A DNA stretch of 63,407 bases, the filler included, from Pelomyxa schiedti (Eukaryota > Protista > Evosea), in the NCBI GenBank assembly GCA_020536535.1. It is 11 parts of 11 records of this genome, joined end to end, with 100 filler letters (N's around TTAATTAATTAA, not from the genome) between each part and the next. Parts side by side here need not be neighbours in the genome. Positions count along the whole stretch, not along the records: positions 61,614 to 63,407 come from JAHLWZ010002271.1; 10 more parts are not named here. One strand, 5' to 3'. The stretch's first letter is position 1. Every line of letters starts with the position of its first letter. Below the pieces are notes generated by a model. That model was not told the DNA's origin and made no database searches. It saw nothing but the letters and a program-made list of their open reading frames with translations. Shown here in pieces: positions 63,331-63,407 of the stretch. A program made the translations under genes and the position numbers.

Positions 63331-63407
63331 TTAGGCACATGGCTGCCGCTGTTATCAATGCCTTCCTAGTACCGTTACTCCCCTATCATCCCGATGAGTA
63401 ACAACCC

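Overview
This is eukaryotic, intron-rich protist DNA with short introns (about 45-70 nt). It is a mosaic of contigs joined by 10 artificial N-TTAATTAATTAA-N spacers and about 10 plain 100-N gaps, several with unmerged duplicated flanks. Gene families and style recall the archamoeba Pelomyxa, but that is from memory and unverified. The first 33 kb is gene-dense: an FHA-domain protein, a Bub1/MadBub kinase, DPM2, a RING-TRAF-pentapeptide-3xSPRY protein, RFC5, VPS36, a degenerate Roco protein, a Cdc37 middle-domain-like protein and cullin-4. Six members of an expanded intronless lineage-specific family are spread across the window. The rest is repeat- and TE-rich: a 1.5-kb TA-flanked TIR element with foldback-like symmetry, a dispersed modular repeat ending in a conserved hairpin, an intron-containing CACTA/Plavaka-like transposase, deleted Ty3/gypsy copies, a 40-bp minisatellite and several microsatellites. 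The most notable observations are: (1) Bub1 has two GLEBS-like motifs, each split by a 46-nt phase-0 intron at the same position, and no visible TPR domain; (2) the RING-TRAF-pentapeptide-SPRY architecture; (3) the foldback element and its hairpin-ended repeat family; (4) the intronless family with a conserved N-terminal helical motif; (5) unusually relaxed splice sites with many AAG acceptors. All gene models were spliced by eye, so coordinates of multi-exon genes are outer bounds. No prokaryotic-type system, CRISPR array or RNA gene was found.
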